This document shows, piece by piece, positions 23,551 through 34,275 of a stretch of DNA of 50,744 nt. The DNA lies in contig NC_069006.1 of NCBI RefSeq assembly GCF_001194135.2, forward strand, positions 24,494,785 to 24,545,528, given 5' to 3'. The DNA comes from Octopus bimaculoides (taxonomy: Eukaryota). The notes below the pieces were generated by a model, which saw only the letters and a list, made by a program, of their open reading frames with translations, was not told the DNA's origin and made no database searches. Made by a program: the position numbers and the translations under genes. Positions within the stretch are counted from its first letter, which is position 1. Each line of letters begins with the position of its first letter.

Positions 23551-23693
23551 TTAGTATAAAAGCATCTTACCCTACCTTTGGTATTCAAGTACTATTTTTG
23601 ACCACCTTGTTTTGCATTCATGTGCTTACTCATGTGTGTATACAGAAAATATTGGTTTGTTTTTTTCCTCACTTTGCTCTGTTTTCTCTTCAG

Positions 23694-23874
23694 CTGGTGG
23701 AGGCGTACATCAATGCGCATTGTGTAAAGTTCAACTGGAGAATTTCAGCATGAGTCGTCCAATCTCTTTGACCGATTGTTCAATGTATTCTCTTACTGAA
23801 GCAGAGGTGAAGCCTGATATGCGAGTTTGTAATTCATGTCGTGCCCGCTCTGTTAAACAGTCGCGCTGTGTGCA
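23694..23874 (+). CDS. NCOR1: NCoR exon 11: Cys-rich GGGVHQCALCK...RVCNSCRARSVKQSRCV(Q)
   Basis: ttcag/gtaaga, phases 1/2 fit, open frame. Confidence 0.85.
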
Positions 23875-24524
23875 GTAAGATCATTTTGTTGCTTTTTTCT
23901 TTCTTTCTTTCTTTTTAATCTCTCTCTCTGATAATAAGTTTGTTTTATGTAGTCAAAAAAGCATCGTTAGTTAATAAGTAATCATATATAGGATGCTAAT
24001 GAAACTTGTTCTTTGTTTCTTTGTTTAAATTCTACAGCCTAAATGTATGTTGCTGTTTAAAACATCCAGTATTATACGGTGTAAACCATGCTATCTAGCT
24101 TTTGTTATTTCTCTAAAAGGACAGATACAGGTTACATATTGCTTATGGAAAGATTATGATAGTGTGAAATATACATGCTCAACCTGCTAGAAATAGTAGC
24201 AAGAAATGTCTCAGATCACACAACCGACATACAGTCTAAAGGTCATATTGGATAATGTTTCTGATGTACACAAAAAAAAAAAATGGTCACAGTTGGAATG
24301 GATATGACCAAAGGTCTGCTTAGTCAAGGATGAATAATATTATAAAAACAGCAATGTAGTATTAGTTTCTTGCTAAAAGTTTTACTTGTAGAAATAATGG
24401 TGATATTGATTTATTGACTGAAATGATTCACTGCTTGTGTCTTTGAAGCAGCCAATTTTCCAATTGGAAATTGCATTGATTAACGTTTGCTAACCTTGTA
24501 TCTATGTTTATTCCTACCTTTCAG

Positions 24525-24640
24525 GTGTCCTGTGCCTACTTGTAAAATTCCAAAACGGAAAGTAAAACGTCTTTGGCCCCTCTCTGTGAAGTGGTCAGAA
24601 ATAGCCACTGAAATCAAAGAACCAATACTAATGGAGATGC
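24525..24640 (+). CDS. NCOR1: NCoR exon 12: CPVPTCKIPKRKVKRLWPLSVKWSEIATEIKEPILMEM
   Basis: tttcag/gtaaga, phases 2/1 fit. Confidence 0.85.
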
Positions 24641-24697
24641 GTAAGAAGCCTTCACATTCTAATTTGTTTTATTTTATTTTGTTTTTGTCTTTTAGGT

Positions 24698-24920
24698 CAG
24701 GGGTTCTCAACAAAGGGTCCTTGTAAGATTTTGTTAAAACTTATCTCAATGCTCAAAATTTTGTAATTTTTTTTTTATATACAATTCCTAAAAATATTTA
24801 TTTATAAAAATGTAATAGGTTTTTTTTAAAAACATGAAATGGCTATGAGGGGTCCAGTAGAATAAAATAGGAATCAAAGGGGTCCATATGTAAAAAAAAA
24901 AGGGGGGTTGAGAAACACTG
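24698..24920. mobile_element. hAT (Charlie-like) MITE
   Basis: TIRs caggggttctcaac / gttgagaaacactg; flanks ttttaggt vs gtctaagt resemble a decayed 8-bp TSD. Confidence 0.75.
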
Positions 24921-25336
24921 GTCTAAGTCATCTCTAAATTGCTAATATAGAATCGTCTTAATTAGAATGTGAATTATTTGTTTCCCTACTTCTCAATATC
25001 CTCTTCCCCCCCTCAGTTCATGAACAAACAAAGAAAGACTCTACTAAGTTACTCTACTGTCTACAAATAACAGCTAAACCCCTCTCAAATCACACCCTGC
25101 CATCCATCTTAAAAAAGGCAATGGCATGATAATGTAATTGTAGATATCCTTAATAAGATGGAATGGTCATGGCTGGCTTTCCTTTGACAATGTTAGGGTT
25201 AACTTGGTTCAAAACAGTTATTAAAGGGACGTATCTGTCTTTTTACTTCCTGTAGATCCCTTTTTTGTCTTTCTTTGTCTATTTTTAATAGTTTTTTTTT
25301 ACTTATCTAATTGTGTCGTTGTTTTTGTCTTTCCAG

Positions 25337-25456
25337 AAATCTCTGAAGATATTTCCCGCTGCTGTTCTGCTTGTTTTAATAGAATTGCTCGACAACTCGG
25401 TACAAACCCTCAAACCAATGAGCCATTAGTTCCTTTAGTACCTGAAAATAATGATG
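25337..25456 (+). CDS. NCOR1: NCoR exon 13: ISEDISRCCSACFNRIARQLGTNPQTNEPLVPLVPENND
   Basis: ttccag/gtaaat, phases 1/1 fit. Confidence 0.85.
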
Positions 25457-26584
25457 GTAAATAATATATATTCGTATATTTTCTTTTTATATATATTCTG
25501 CGGAACCTCAGTTTATGGATTTTATTTGATCCTGAAACCCATTCGTTACCCAAAATCTTTGTAAACTGAAACCATTTCCCATGGGAAATTCAAGAGAAAG
25601 CACCATGGATTCAACCAGCAATGAGCAAACTGATGCTCTCCACTTGATACTCCCAGCTTGTTGCTAACTGTTGTTGCCAGCCTCACTGTTCATTTCTCGA
25701 GATACTATTCATGAACCTAAGACATTCTATGTTTGGAAAATTGTTTGTAAACTGATTTGCTCATGATGAGAGGCATTCACAAACTGAGGTTCCTTCTACT
25801 GTATTTAAAAGTTTTGAATCAATTATTTAATAATAGTAAAGATTGTTTGCCAACATAACATGGCAGTCCTGGTTTAGGACGAATGTTGCTGTAATTTAGC
25901 CCCTGGAGACATCGCCTCCAGCTGGCTATACGACACGATCTGTGTCCTTATATTTTCAAACAAGGGAATCTNNNNNNNNNNNNNNNNNNNNNNNNNNNNN
26001 NNNNNNNNNNNNNNNNNNNNNNNNNNNNNNNNNNNNNNNNNNNNNNNNNNNNNNNNNNNNNNNNNNNNNNNNNNNNNNNNNNNNNNNNNNNNNNNNNNNN
26101 NNNNNNNNNNNNNNNNNNNNNNNNNNNNNNNNNNNNNNNNNNNNNNNNNNNNNNNNNNNNNNNNNNNNNNNNNNNNNNNNNNNNNNNNNNNNNNNNNNNN
26201 NNNNNNNNNNNNNNNNNNNNNNNNNNNNNNNNNNNNNNNNNNNNNNNNNNNNNNNNNNNNNNNNNNNNNNNNNNNNNNNNNNNNNNNNNNNNNNNNNNNN
26301 NNNNNNNNNNNNNNNNNNNNNNNNNNNNNNNNNNNNNNNNNNNNNNNNNNNNNNNNNNNNNNNNNNNNNNNNNNNNNNNNNNNNNNNNNNNNNNNNNNNN
26401 NNNNNCTTCAACTGCTGGGAAGTGGGAGTAGTATAGTGGAAGGCAGCTTTGTGCCAGTTGATGAGGGGTTAAAAGAATAATTAGCAGGGAAAGAGATAGG
26501 TGTCTTGCTGTAGAAGAGATACAAGGACATCCCAGGTGGAGAAGAAAGGTGAGAAAGATTGAAATGATGGAGAGTGTGAGAGAG

Positions 26585-26745
26585 ATGGTGATGAAGACAA
26601 GGTCAGTTTTGGCAGGGTTTTTACAGCTGGCTGCCCTTCCAAATGCCAACCACTTTGCAGTGTGAACTGGATGCTTTTGACATGGTAGCAGCACAGGCAG
26701 GGAAACCGAGTAACTCTCAAGACAAGGAATTTTGAGAGAGGGGGG
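26585..26745. mobile_element. family D repeat
   Basis: ttacagctggctgcccttccaaatgccaaccac core. Confidence 0.6.
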
Positions 26746-26909
26746 GGGGAGCTTGTGTCAGAGGATGAAAGGTTAGAGTGTGACAGAGATTTGGGTTGAT
26801 TTGTATAATTTAATAGTAGAAACTAATAATACAACTAAAGCTGGTTATACCTTTTCTCTGATAACTCCATTTCAAGCGAGCCACGTGGTGTCTCTTGATA
26901 TGTTTTCAG

Positions 26910-26963
26910 ATGGTGTTGAAACGTCAAGATGGACAGAAGAAGAAATGGAAGTTGCCAAACAAG
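26910..26963 (+). CDS. NCOR1: NCoR exon 14: SANT2 start DGVETSRWTEEEMEVAKQ
   Basis: tttcag/gtttgt; ETSRWTEEEMEVAK as in vertebrate SANT2. Confidence 0.96.
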
Positions 26964-27761
26964 GTTTGTTCAGTTTTACATCTATTTTGCTATGCTAGCA
27001 TGGGTTAGATGCATACATATTATCGAGCTGTTGTTTTACAGCTGGAGGCTCTTTCCTGTTGAATACGTCTGGGATTTTTTTTCTTTTCCTCTTCATACTC
27101 CATTTGTCTTTAAAAGTGCTGAGCTAACAGATAATCTGTTGTTGGCAGGGAAATGCTTATCAAAGTTCACAGATTCTAATTCAGCATTATTTCCATCTAA
27201 ATGCAGAATGCAAACATATACACAAGAACATGTATGCATGCACACACACACACACAGCAGGCTTCATACAGTTTCTACCTGCCAAATTACTCACCAGGCA
27301 TGGGTTAGTCCTGAGTTAAAGTAGAAGACACCTTGACTTATGACCAAGTTCTGGTCCGACTGACAGGTTGTAAGTCGGATCTGGTCATATGTCGGATTTA
27401 TATTTTTCAACACTATTTTCATTCAAACGAAAGTGATACTTGAAAGCGACTGAGTGAGAGACAGTGGCAAGCAGTGGAGGCTTGTGTGGCCAGATGCTGC
27501 CACAGTTATCGTACGTGCAGCTGCTCAATGTCCGAAAATCAATTTTTTCATTTATTTATTTTCTGTGATCATTAGTCACATAGATCGTAAGTCAAGGAGA
27601 GCGAGTAATGTTATTTTTGTTACGATTTATCAATTCTGGTTTTAACTTTCTAACGTTTCCTAAATTCCACTTGAATATTGCTGAAACTGCATCTGTCGGA
27701 ATCATTTGTATGGGGAGACATTGAAACCGTTTTTTTTTTTTTTGTTCCCTTCTTACACCAG

Positions 27762-27904
27762 GTCTAAGAGAACATGGTAGAGATTGGGTTGCTATTGCCA
27801 ACCAAGTTGGAACGAAAACGGAGGCCCAGTGTAAGAATTTCTATTTCAACTATAAGCGGAAATTGAAATTGGAACTCATCTTGCAAGAACACCATAAAGA
27901 AAAG
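27762..27904 (+). CDS. NCOR1: NCoR exon 15: SANT2 [48 protein letters not shown]
   Basis: caccag/gtaatc; conserved [11 protein letters not shown]. Confidence 0.97.
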
Positions 27905-28226
27905 GTAATCATTTGTTAAATATGTTTCTTTTGGGAGAAAGCTTTAATTAAATTTGTTTTAGTGTTTGGTTTGCAAGATTCTTGATGTGAATTCTTGTGC
28001 TGAAACAAATCATGTGGAGTCTTGAGAGGGCTGTTACACCAATAATAATAATAGTTAACCAATTGATTAATAATGAAGTGATATTGAACCAGTGTGTGTG
28101 TTGTTATTGGCATAATGACCCTCTCAAGAGCCAACGAGATTTGAATTTATTATGCATATATATATTTTGTCTCCTGAATTTTTATTTTGTCCCCTGAATT
28201 ATATTGTCTCTTGTGTTTTTGTCTAG

Positions 28227-28404
28227 CAGTCAGGTAGTACAAGGACGAGAACAACTTCATTCGCTTCCACAGCAACGCATTCAGAGGAGGAGGATGTCTC
28301 AACTAGTGGTGAAGAAAACCCTGACGATGATTCTGATACAGCCAGTGCCCCCAGCCCCGCTCCCATACCACAGCCTCAAGATCCTGCTCTGATGAAGCAT
28401 CCGG
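28227..28404 (+). CDS. NCOR1: NCoR exon 16: QSGSTRTRTTSFASTATHSEEEDVSTSGEENPDDDSDTASAPSP...; start 28227 or 28230
   Basis: TAGCAG acceptor, gtactt donor; acidic post-SANT2 segment with EENP.D.S. Confidence 0.85.
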
Positions 28405-28575
28405 GTACTTTACACATTTTCACACTAATTATTCTACCTCGTCATCATTTAACACATTTACTGTCATCACCAATGGTTCATTGCAAACTTCACTCAATTG
28501 TTATATGTACCACCAGTGGTACATTTTCATAATTCGAGAAAATAATTTATCCTGTATCTTTGAATGCATAGTCAA

Positions 28576-28918
28576 GGCACACGGCTCAGTGGTTACAGCA
28601 TCGGGCTCTCAATCAGGGGGTAGTGAGTTCGATTCCCGGCCCGGTCTGTGTGTTGTGTTCTTGAGCAAGACACTTTATTTCACATTGCCCCTGTTCACTC
28701 AGCTGTACAAGTAAGTTGTGATGTCACTGGTGCCAAGCTGTATCGGCCCTTTTGCCTTTCCCTTGGATAACATCGGTGGCATGGAGAGAGGCATCTGGTA
28801 TGCATTGTCGACTGCTGGTCATCCATAAACAACCTTGCCTGGACTTGTGCCTCAGAGGGGAACTTTCTAGGTGCAGTCCCATGGTCATTCACGACCGAAG
28901 GGGGTTTCTACCCTTTAC
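28576..28918 (+). mobile_element. tRNA-derived SINE family C variant, full length
   Basis: A-box cggctcagtgg, B-box gagttcgattccc, ttgagcaagacac core; reverse copy at 43729-44069. Confidence 0.85.
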
Positions 28919-29305
28919 TCTGTCTTTGACGTGGTTTTCAGGATATTTAAATAACATGAGTGCTAAGTATTGAAGTTTAATTATGAAATATTGTAAAAAT
29001 GCAAAAAAATTAAATTTTCCTGCAATTAAACAAAATGCAGTAGGACTGCACGAAATCTGTGGCACAACCAATAAGTTCCAGTAAGGGGCTGTGGCGGTTA
29101 ACATCCGTTTTCCATACTGGCACGGATCGGAGGGTTTAACAGGGGACAGCAGCCTAAAAACATTTGGGAACTACTGGATTAAGGTTTTAACTCAGTAATT
29201 TAATTTTAGGCATTGCATCTTGTGAACTTTTTGAAATTGATTGTGTTTGAATTGCTTGGTGAAATTCCAGTTTTGTTTTAAAACCTGTTCCTTTTTGTAT
29301 TGCAG

Positions 29306-30058
29306 CCGAACAAAAAGACGAAAAGCTTACAGAAGCTGAGAATCAAGATAGGACACCTTGTCCTGATAATGCAGAATTGCAACCAGTTCTGGGACAAGAC
29401 AATAATTTAACGAGCAACAAGCCATTAAGTGATTCTCAAAGCAGTCTCCGTAGCATTGCTGATAACGACAGCAGTGCTACAATGAGTGCTGACGAAAGTT
29501 CACACCAGGATCCTGGTGCTCTTCCTATTTCTACTCCAGCAGCTTCCATTTCAAGGACTGATACCCCGACGTTGATCACCGAACGACCAATGTCGAGTAA
29601 TATGGTACCAGCTTCCATTAGTTACAGCTTACCTGTGGTACAACATCAAGAGCAAACCCTGTTGAAGGAGCCACGCCCTGCATCAGAAGGAGTCGATTTG
29701 TCGCACAGTCGCGGATTCTCTCCGTTTCGCTTCTCGTCACAACAGTCACCTCACCGACCTGCAAGCGCTGTGTCCGAACCGGGGCGGTCGGTCAGCTCGC
29801 CTCGCCCAAAATCGGCCGGGCCAGCATCTGTGGAGAAAATATTTTCCGGCAGCAGCGGTTACATAAGCATACACCCAGATCAGGAGCAGTTGGTGTTTCG
29901 TGAGAGTGGCAATGTTGGGGTTACGAATAGTAACCTTCCTGCCAATTGCAACCAGCAGGACACAAAGAAGCAAAAACCAGCCTGTGTGAGGGATCTCATT
30001 CACTCAGCTATTGAACGGAACTTAAGCCGTGGAGAGAATAGTGGTGATACAATAAATA
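29306..30058 (+). CDS. NCOR1: NCoR exon 17: Ser/Pro-rich region with SSATMSADE and VRDLIHSAIERNL
   Basis: ttgcag/gtatgt, phases 1/1; 250-codon open frame (ORF 29377..30066). Confidence 0.9.
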
Positions 30059-30226
30059 GTATGTAGCCCTTTTTAATATATACTCCTTTATTCTAAGTAT
30101 TGTTTTAAGGCCTTTTGACTCATTTTATTAACACCTTCATTTTCATATTTCTAATTAGATACACACACCCTTGTGAGTACCACTTGACTTTCAAAGTGAT
30201 TTGGAGGAATTCAGCAGTTTGGTGAA

Positions 30227-30360
30227 GGCATGTGGCCTAGTGGTTTAGGGTATTGCACTCATGATCAGAAGATTGTGGGTTCAGATCTGTGACCAAGCAG
30301 TGTATTTTGTTCTTGAGCAAAGCACTTCATTTCACTTTGCTCCAGTTCACTCACCCGTAA
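30227..30360 (+). mobile_element. SINE family C 5' fragment
   Basis: tggcctagtgg head and ttcttgagcaaagcacttcatttcac core. Confidence 0.6.
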
Positions 30361-30689
30361 ACCGGTCACCCTCATCATTGTCGTTGTCAAATGTCCTTCT
30401 GTGCTGACACAGGTTGTACTGTTTGACAGGAGCTGGTAAGGCCGGGCTTCACACCATGCTCCATTGTCCTTCCTCATGCCACCCGGGTGCTTTTTGTGTG
30501 ATACTGGCACTGAGCTAGAAAATTCTTTATCGTTTCAATCCTACTTTGGAGAAGAAATCATTATTTTGTAAGAAAAAAAAAAAAATGAAATTGTTATTTT
30601 GTAATAAAAAGAAAAACCATTTGTGTAGAATTCTATTCCTGTTTATGGAAATGTTTTATTCATTTTATTTTTTTGATTTTCTTTTCCAG

Positions 30690-33668
30690 AACCCATTATG
30701 TCTGAAAACACTGTGTTGTCCAGGAAATCGATGCTCTCTGGACTCGTCCACAACATGCCTCAGGACTTGCGTAAAGAACGGCGGCCGGAGCAGGCATCAC
30801 CATATATGTTTCCAGACATAGCAGCGTACAGAGGAATTACTGCACGGGAAATGCATGATCCGAGAGAGATACGTGATTTCGAAGTGCAAGACTTGTCAAG
30901 GCGTCCTATTGATTACCATGACAAAACGCAAAAGGCTTACAAAGGAGACCCTCGTGATTTTCAAAGGTCTATAGACTCTCACTTAAGGCCTGAAGAATCT
31001 CAAAGAAAAAATATGGGTCTGCCTCCTCCTGCCCATTCTCATCATCTCACTTCATCTAGCCTCCATCAGTCACAAGCAGATGAACCTATGCAACTTAAGT
31101 CTCATAAAACCATCGTCCCTCGGGTCAAATCACCCTCAATATATCACTCTGAGCCTGCACAAACAATATCACCAATCATCAGAGCTGTGCCACCCACTTC
31201 AAATTCTCCCTACAATTCACATCTTGCTCCCATGGAGTTTCAAAACAGGAACCAAATGGGGGCCCGTATACCACCACCACCACCATTGATTAATTCCAAA
31301 ATGTCCCCCAAGCTCCCTAAATCCCCTCCTGTTAGTTCACATCTCGTTCCACCTCCCACTGGATCCATCACCCACGGGACCCCTGTTAGTCATCCTGTAA
31401 CATCCACCTCGGGTGGCAATCATCCCAATAATTCAGGTATACCATCCCATCGAATTGACATCAGTCACCGGCAGCAGACTCCTCCCCAGGGATCTATAAC
31501 AAGGGGAACTCCACGGAACAGAGAACCTGGGACTGGGAGGGGTACCCCTGTTGGTCATGAAGCTAGTATAACCAGAGTTTCTCCAGTGATAGATCCCATG
31601 TTGGGCCGGGGAAATATCGTGTACGATTCAGGGATTAGACGGGTTGTGTATGAAAAAATATCAGAACCTTTTTATAGCTACCAAGATTTACTCTCCCCTA
31701 TTCGTACTTCCAGGCAAACGATAATGAGTGACTTTGTTACTGCTCAACACATGCCCAGAAGGGGTGCGACTCCTTCAGACAAAGATGAACGACAATCTCC
31801 CAGATCCCTGCCAAATGCTTCAAAGACCTATAGTTCAATTACTGAAAGCCAAAGAATGCCATCACCTGCAATACCACCATATCTTTCACAGTCATCGGGT
31901 ATCATCTATGTACCACATCAATCAGGTATGAATATTTCAGTTGCTGAGAGACTCAACCGAAATTCTCCTCTTCCATCCCAAAGTACGCCGTCTCCAAGGG
32001 ATGACAAAGGTATTTCTCCTGTACCAACTCCTTGGTCTAATAATCCAGCTAAAATTCCTCTCCTTGGCTCAGCAGCAAATGTTGCAATGGAACAATCACG
32101 TTATCCACCGTCCCCTCCTTCACGGCCCAGTATCGTTAAAGGTACTGGGTGGCAAAGACCAGACAACGGAGGGCATTTGCCTGACAGTACAACAATGCCA
32201 CCCAGCAAGGCAGCATCACCAAGACATGAAGGGCATGTCACAATCACCTACCCTCAATCTCTTAACACTCAGACACATGTTATTCCCCCCGAGCCACAGC
32301 ATCGAGAAACCCCTATAAAAATAATCGATCCCGAGATCCCTAAGGAAAGGGACAAAGAATGGGACAGAGAATCTCAAGACCGTTTTGATGTGAAAGAGTA
32401 TGATAAACATGAGATGGAGCCGAGGCCAGCTCGTGACTTCCATAATCGGCAGATGATGGTAAACAAAGCTGAACTCGAAAGTAACATAGCAGCCCAACCC
32501 CCTTGTCATGACAGACCTGGATATTCCACACCTTCCCGACACGGAACACCGTCCGGTGTCCGGGAGACCGATCCAAACCGACCCATACACATCGATGTAG
32601 ATCGACAGCCAGATTCATCCAAGACTCCTGACGCTCAGGACATTCAGCGGTTTCGAAGCAGCGACACAGAAATGACGCCACGGCCCCACCGGTCACCAGG
32701 TACTGGAGACACATCGTCTAATTTATTAAAAGCTCTGAAAAATAATGACAACATTCCTTCGTCCAATTTTGACTCCGATGCTGGTGCTGGTTCCAACGAC
32801 GACAGCTCGCAGTCGCGGACGGTCACAGCCGCTTATCTGATTGATGCGATCATCATCAACCAAATCCATCGTGGCAACGAGGAATTAGATTCCAAGTCGG
32901 GGGAAGAAGTTAAGGGCATGGTCAGCAGAGTGCCGGAACCGTGGCAGTCCGAGGGCCGGCAACCACCCCCGAGGGAGACCACTTCGCCGACCGTTATACA
33001 TCTCGACCAGGCGGCATCGCCGACGTTTACCAAACGTAAAGGCTATAGCAAATACCAACAAGAGAAGGAAGATTCCGCTGAGAAACCGTATTACACGTCT
33101 CCCCGTGAATCGCCCGGACCACAAATGGGATCTAACCACGGGCCAAATGGAGGAACTCAAACCAGTGGAGCTGGTAATAGTAATAACAGTAATAATAATA
33201 ACAATAATAACAGTAATAACAATAATAATAATAATAACAATAACAGTAATAATAACAGTAATAACAATAATAACCCGGGTAGTAGTAACACCAGCACCAG
33301 CAGTGGTTCCCATACTCCCCAGCCTCACCCACACCCTTCACAAGCAACTGGTAATGGTAGTAGTGGTGGTGGTAGTGGTGGCGGTGGTAGCAGTAATAAC
33401 AGTAGTGGTGGTGGTGGTGGTGGTGGAGGAGGAGGAGGCGGCGGAGGTGGTGGTGGTGAAAAAACTGATAAAGAGCGACCTCCCTCCGGATCAGGGGGGA
33501 GCTCTTCGAAATCTCCTGGCCCGCCCGGCTCTAACAAAGCCATCACGCTCGGCGAGCATATAGACGCCATCATCACACAGGACTACAGTAACCGTAGACT
33601 GGTCTATTCTATCCCGACTAAAGGTGGGCTTTTGAGCCAAATCAACGGTACTAGCAGCAAGTCTCCAT
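30690..33668 (+). CDS. NCOR1: NCoR exon 18 (2979 nt): repression-domain region with PPPLI, two GSI repeats, RQTIMSDFVTAQHM and two CoRNR boxes
   Basis: ttccag/gtaagt, phases 1/1; 1046-aa ORF 30698..33838; TVTAAYLIDAIIINQI and ITLGEHIDAIITQDY match NCoR ID3/ID2 boxes. Confidence 0.95.
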
Positions 33669-34074
33669 GTAAGTGGCTAATTTTGATTGACTGTTTCATG
33701 TTAACATTGTTCCATATCCATAACAATTGTACAGTCACAGCACTCAATTTCAGTGGGGATAGACACATAGATGTGTGTGTGTGTGCACGTGTGTGTATGT
33801 GTATAAATTTAAAGAAAGTGACAGAAAGAGAACAGTGAAATTGCTGTGAGGGAGAGTGGAGTATCCGATGTTTCGAACAGTCCACCTTCAGGGTTTAAGA
33901 TGACAGAAATGGTGGGAGGAGAGAGGGGTAAAATCTGCAGCGTTTTACATTGTCTGTGTTTTGGGTGATTGGTTGCAATTGATGGGCAACATACATGTAG
34001 ATGGGAAGTGATAGGAGGGAGGGAGAACAGAAGGGAAGCAGTGAAGAGTTGAGGGGAAATGAAGGTGAGAATAT

Positions 34075-34275
34075 ACCATCATTTAACGTTCTAGAGGTCT
34101 GTACCAAGCTGCAATGTNNNNNNNNNNAACGTTCTAGAGGTCTGTACCAAGCTGCAATGTCTGCTTTAACTTGGATTCTACAGCTGGATGCCCTCCCTGA
34201 TGCCAACCACTTTATAGAATGGACTGGGTGCTTGTTCCATGGCTCCAGCACTGGTGAGGTCTGCAACTGAATGTT
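34075..34275. mobile_element. family D repeat spanning a small gap
   Basis: ctacagctggatgccctccctgatgccaaccac core. Confidence 0.6.

Noticed and set aside
28576-28650. tRNA-like A/B boxes as a tRNA gene
   Set aside because: They continue into a SINE body; no cloverleaf or terminator
31080-33576. Overlapping and antisense ORFs within the large exon
   Set aside because: Shadow frames of a long GC-balanced or low-complexity coding exon
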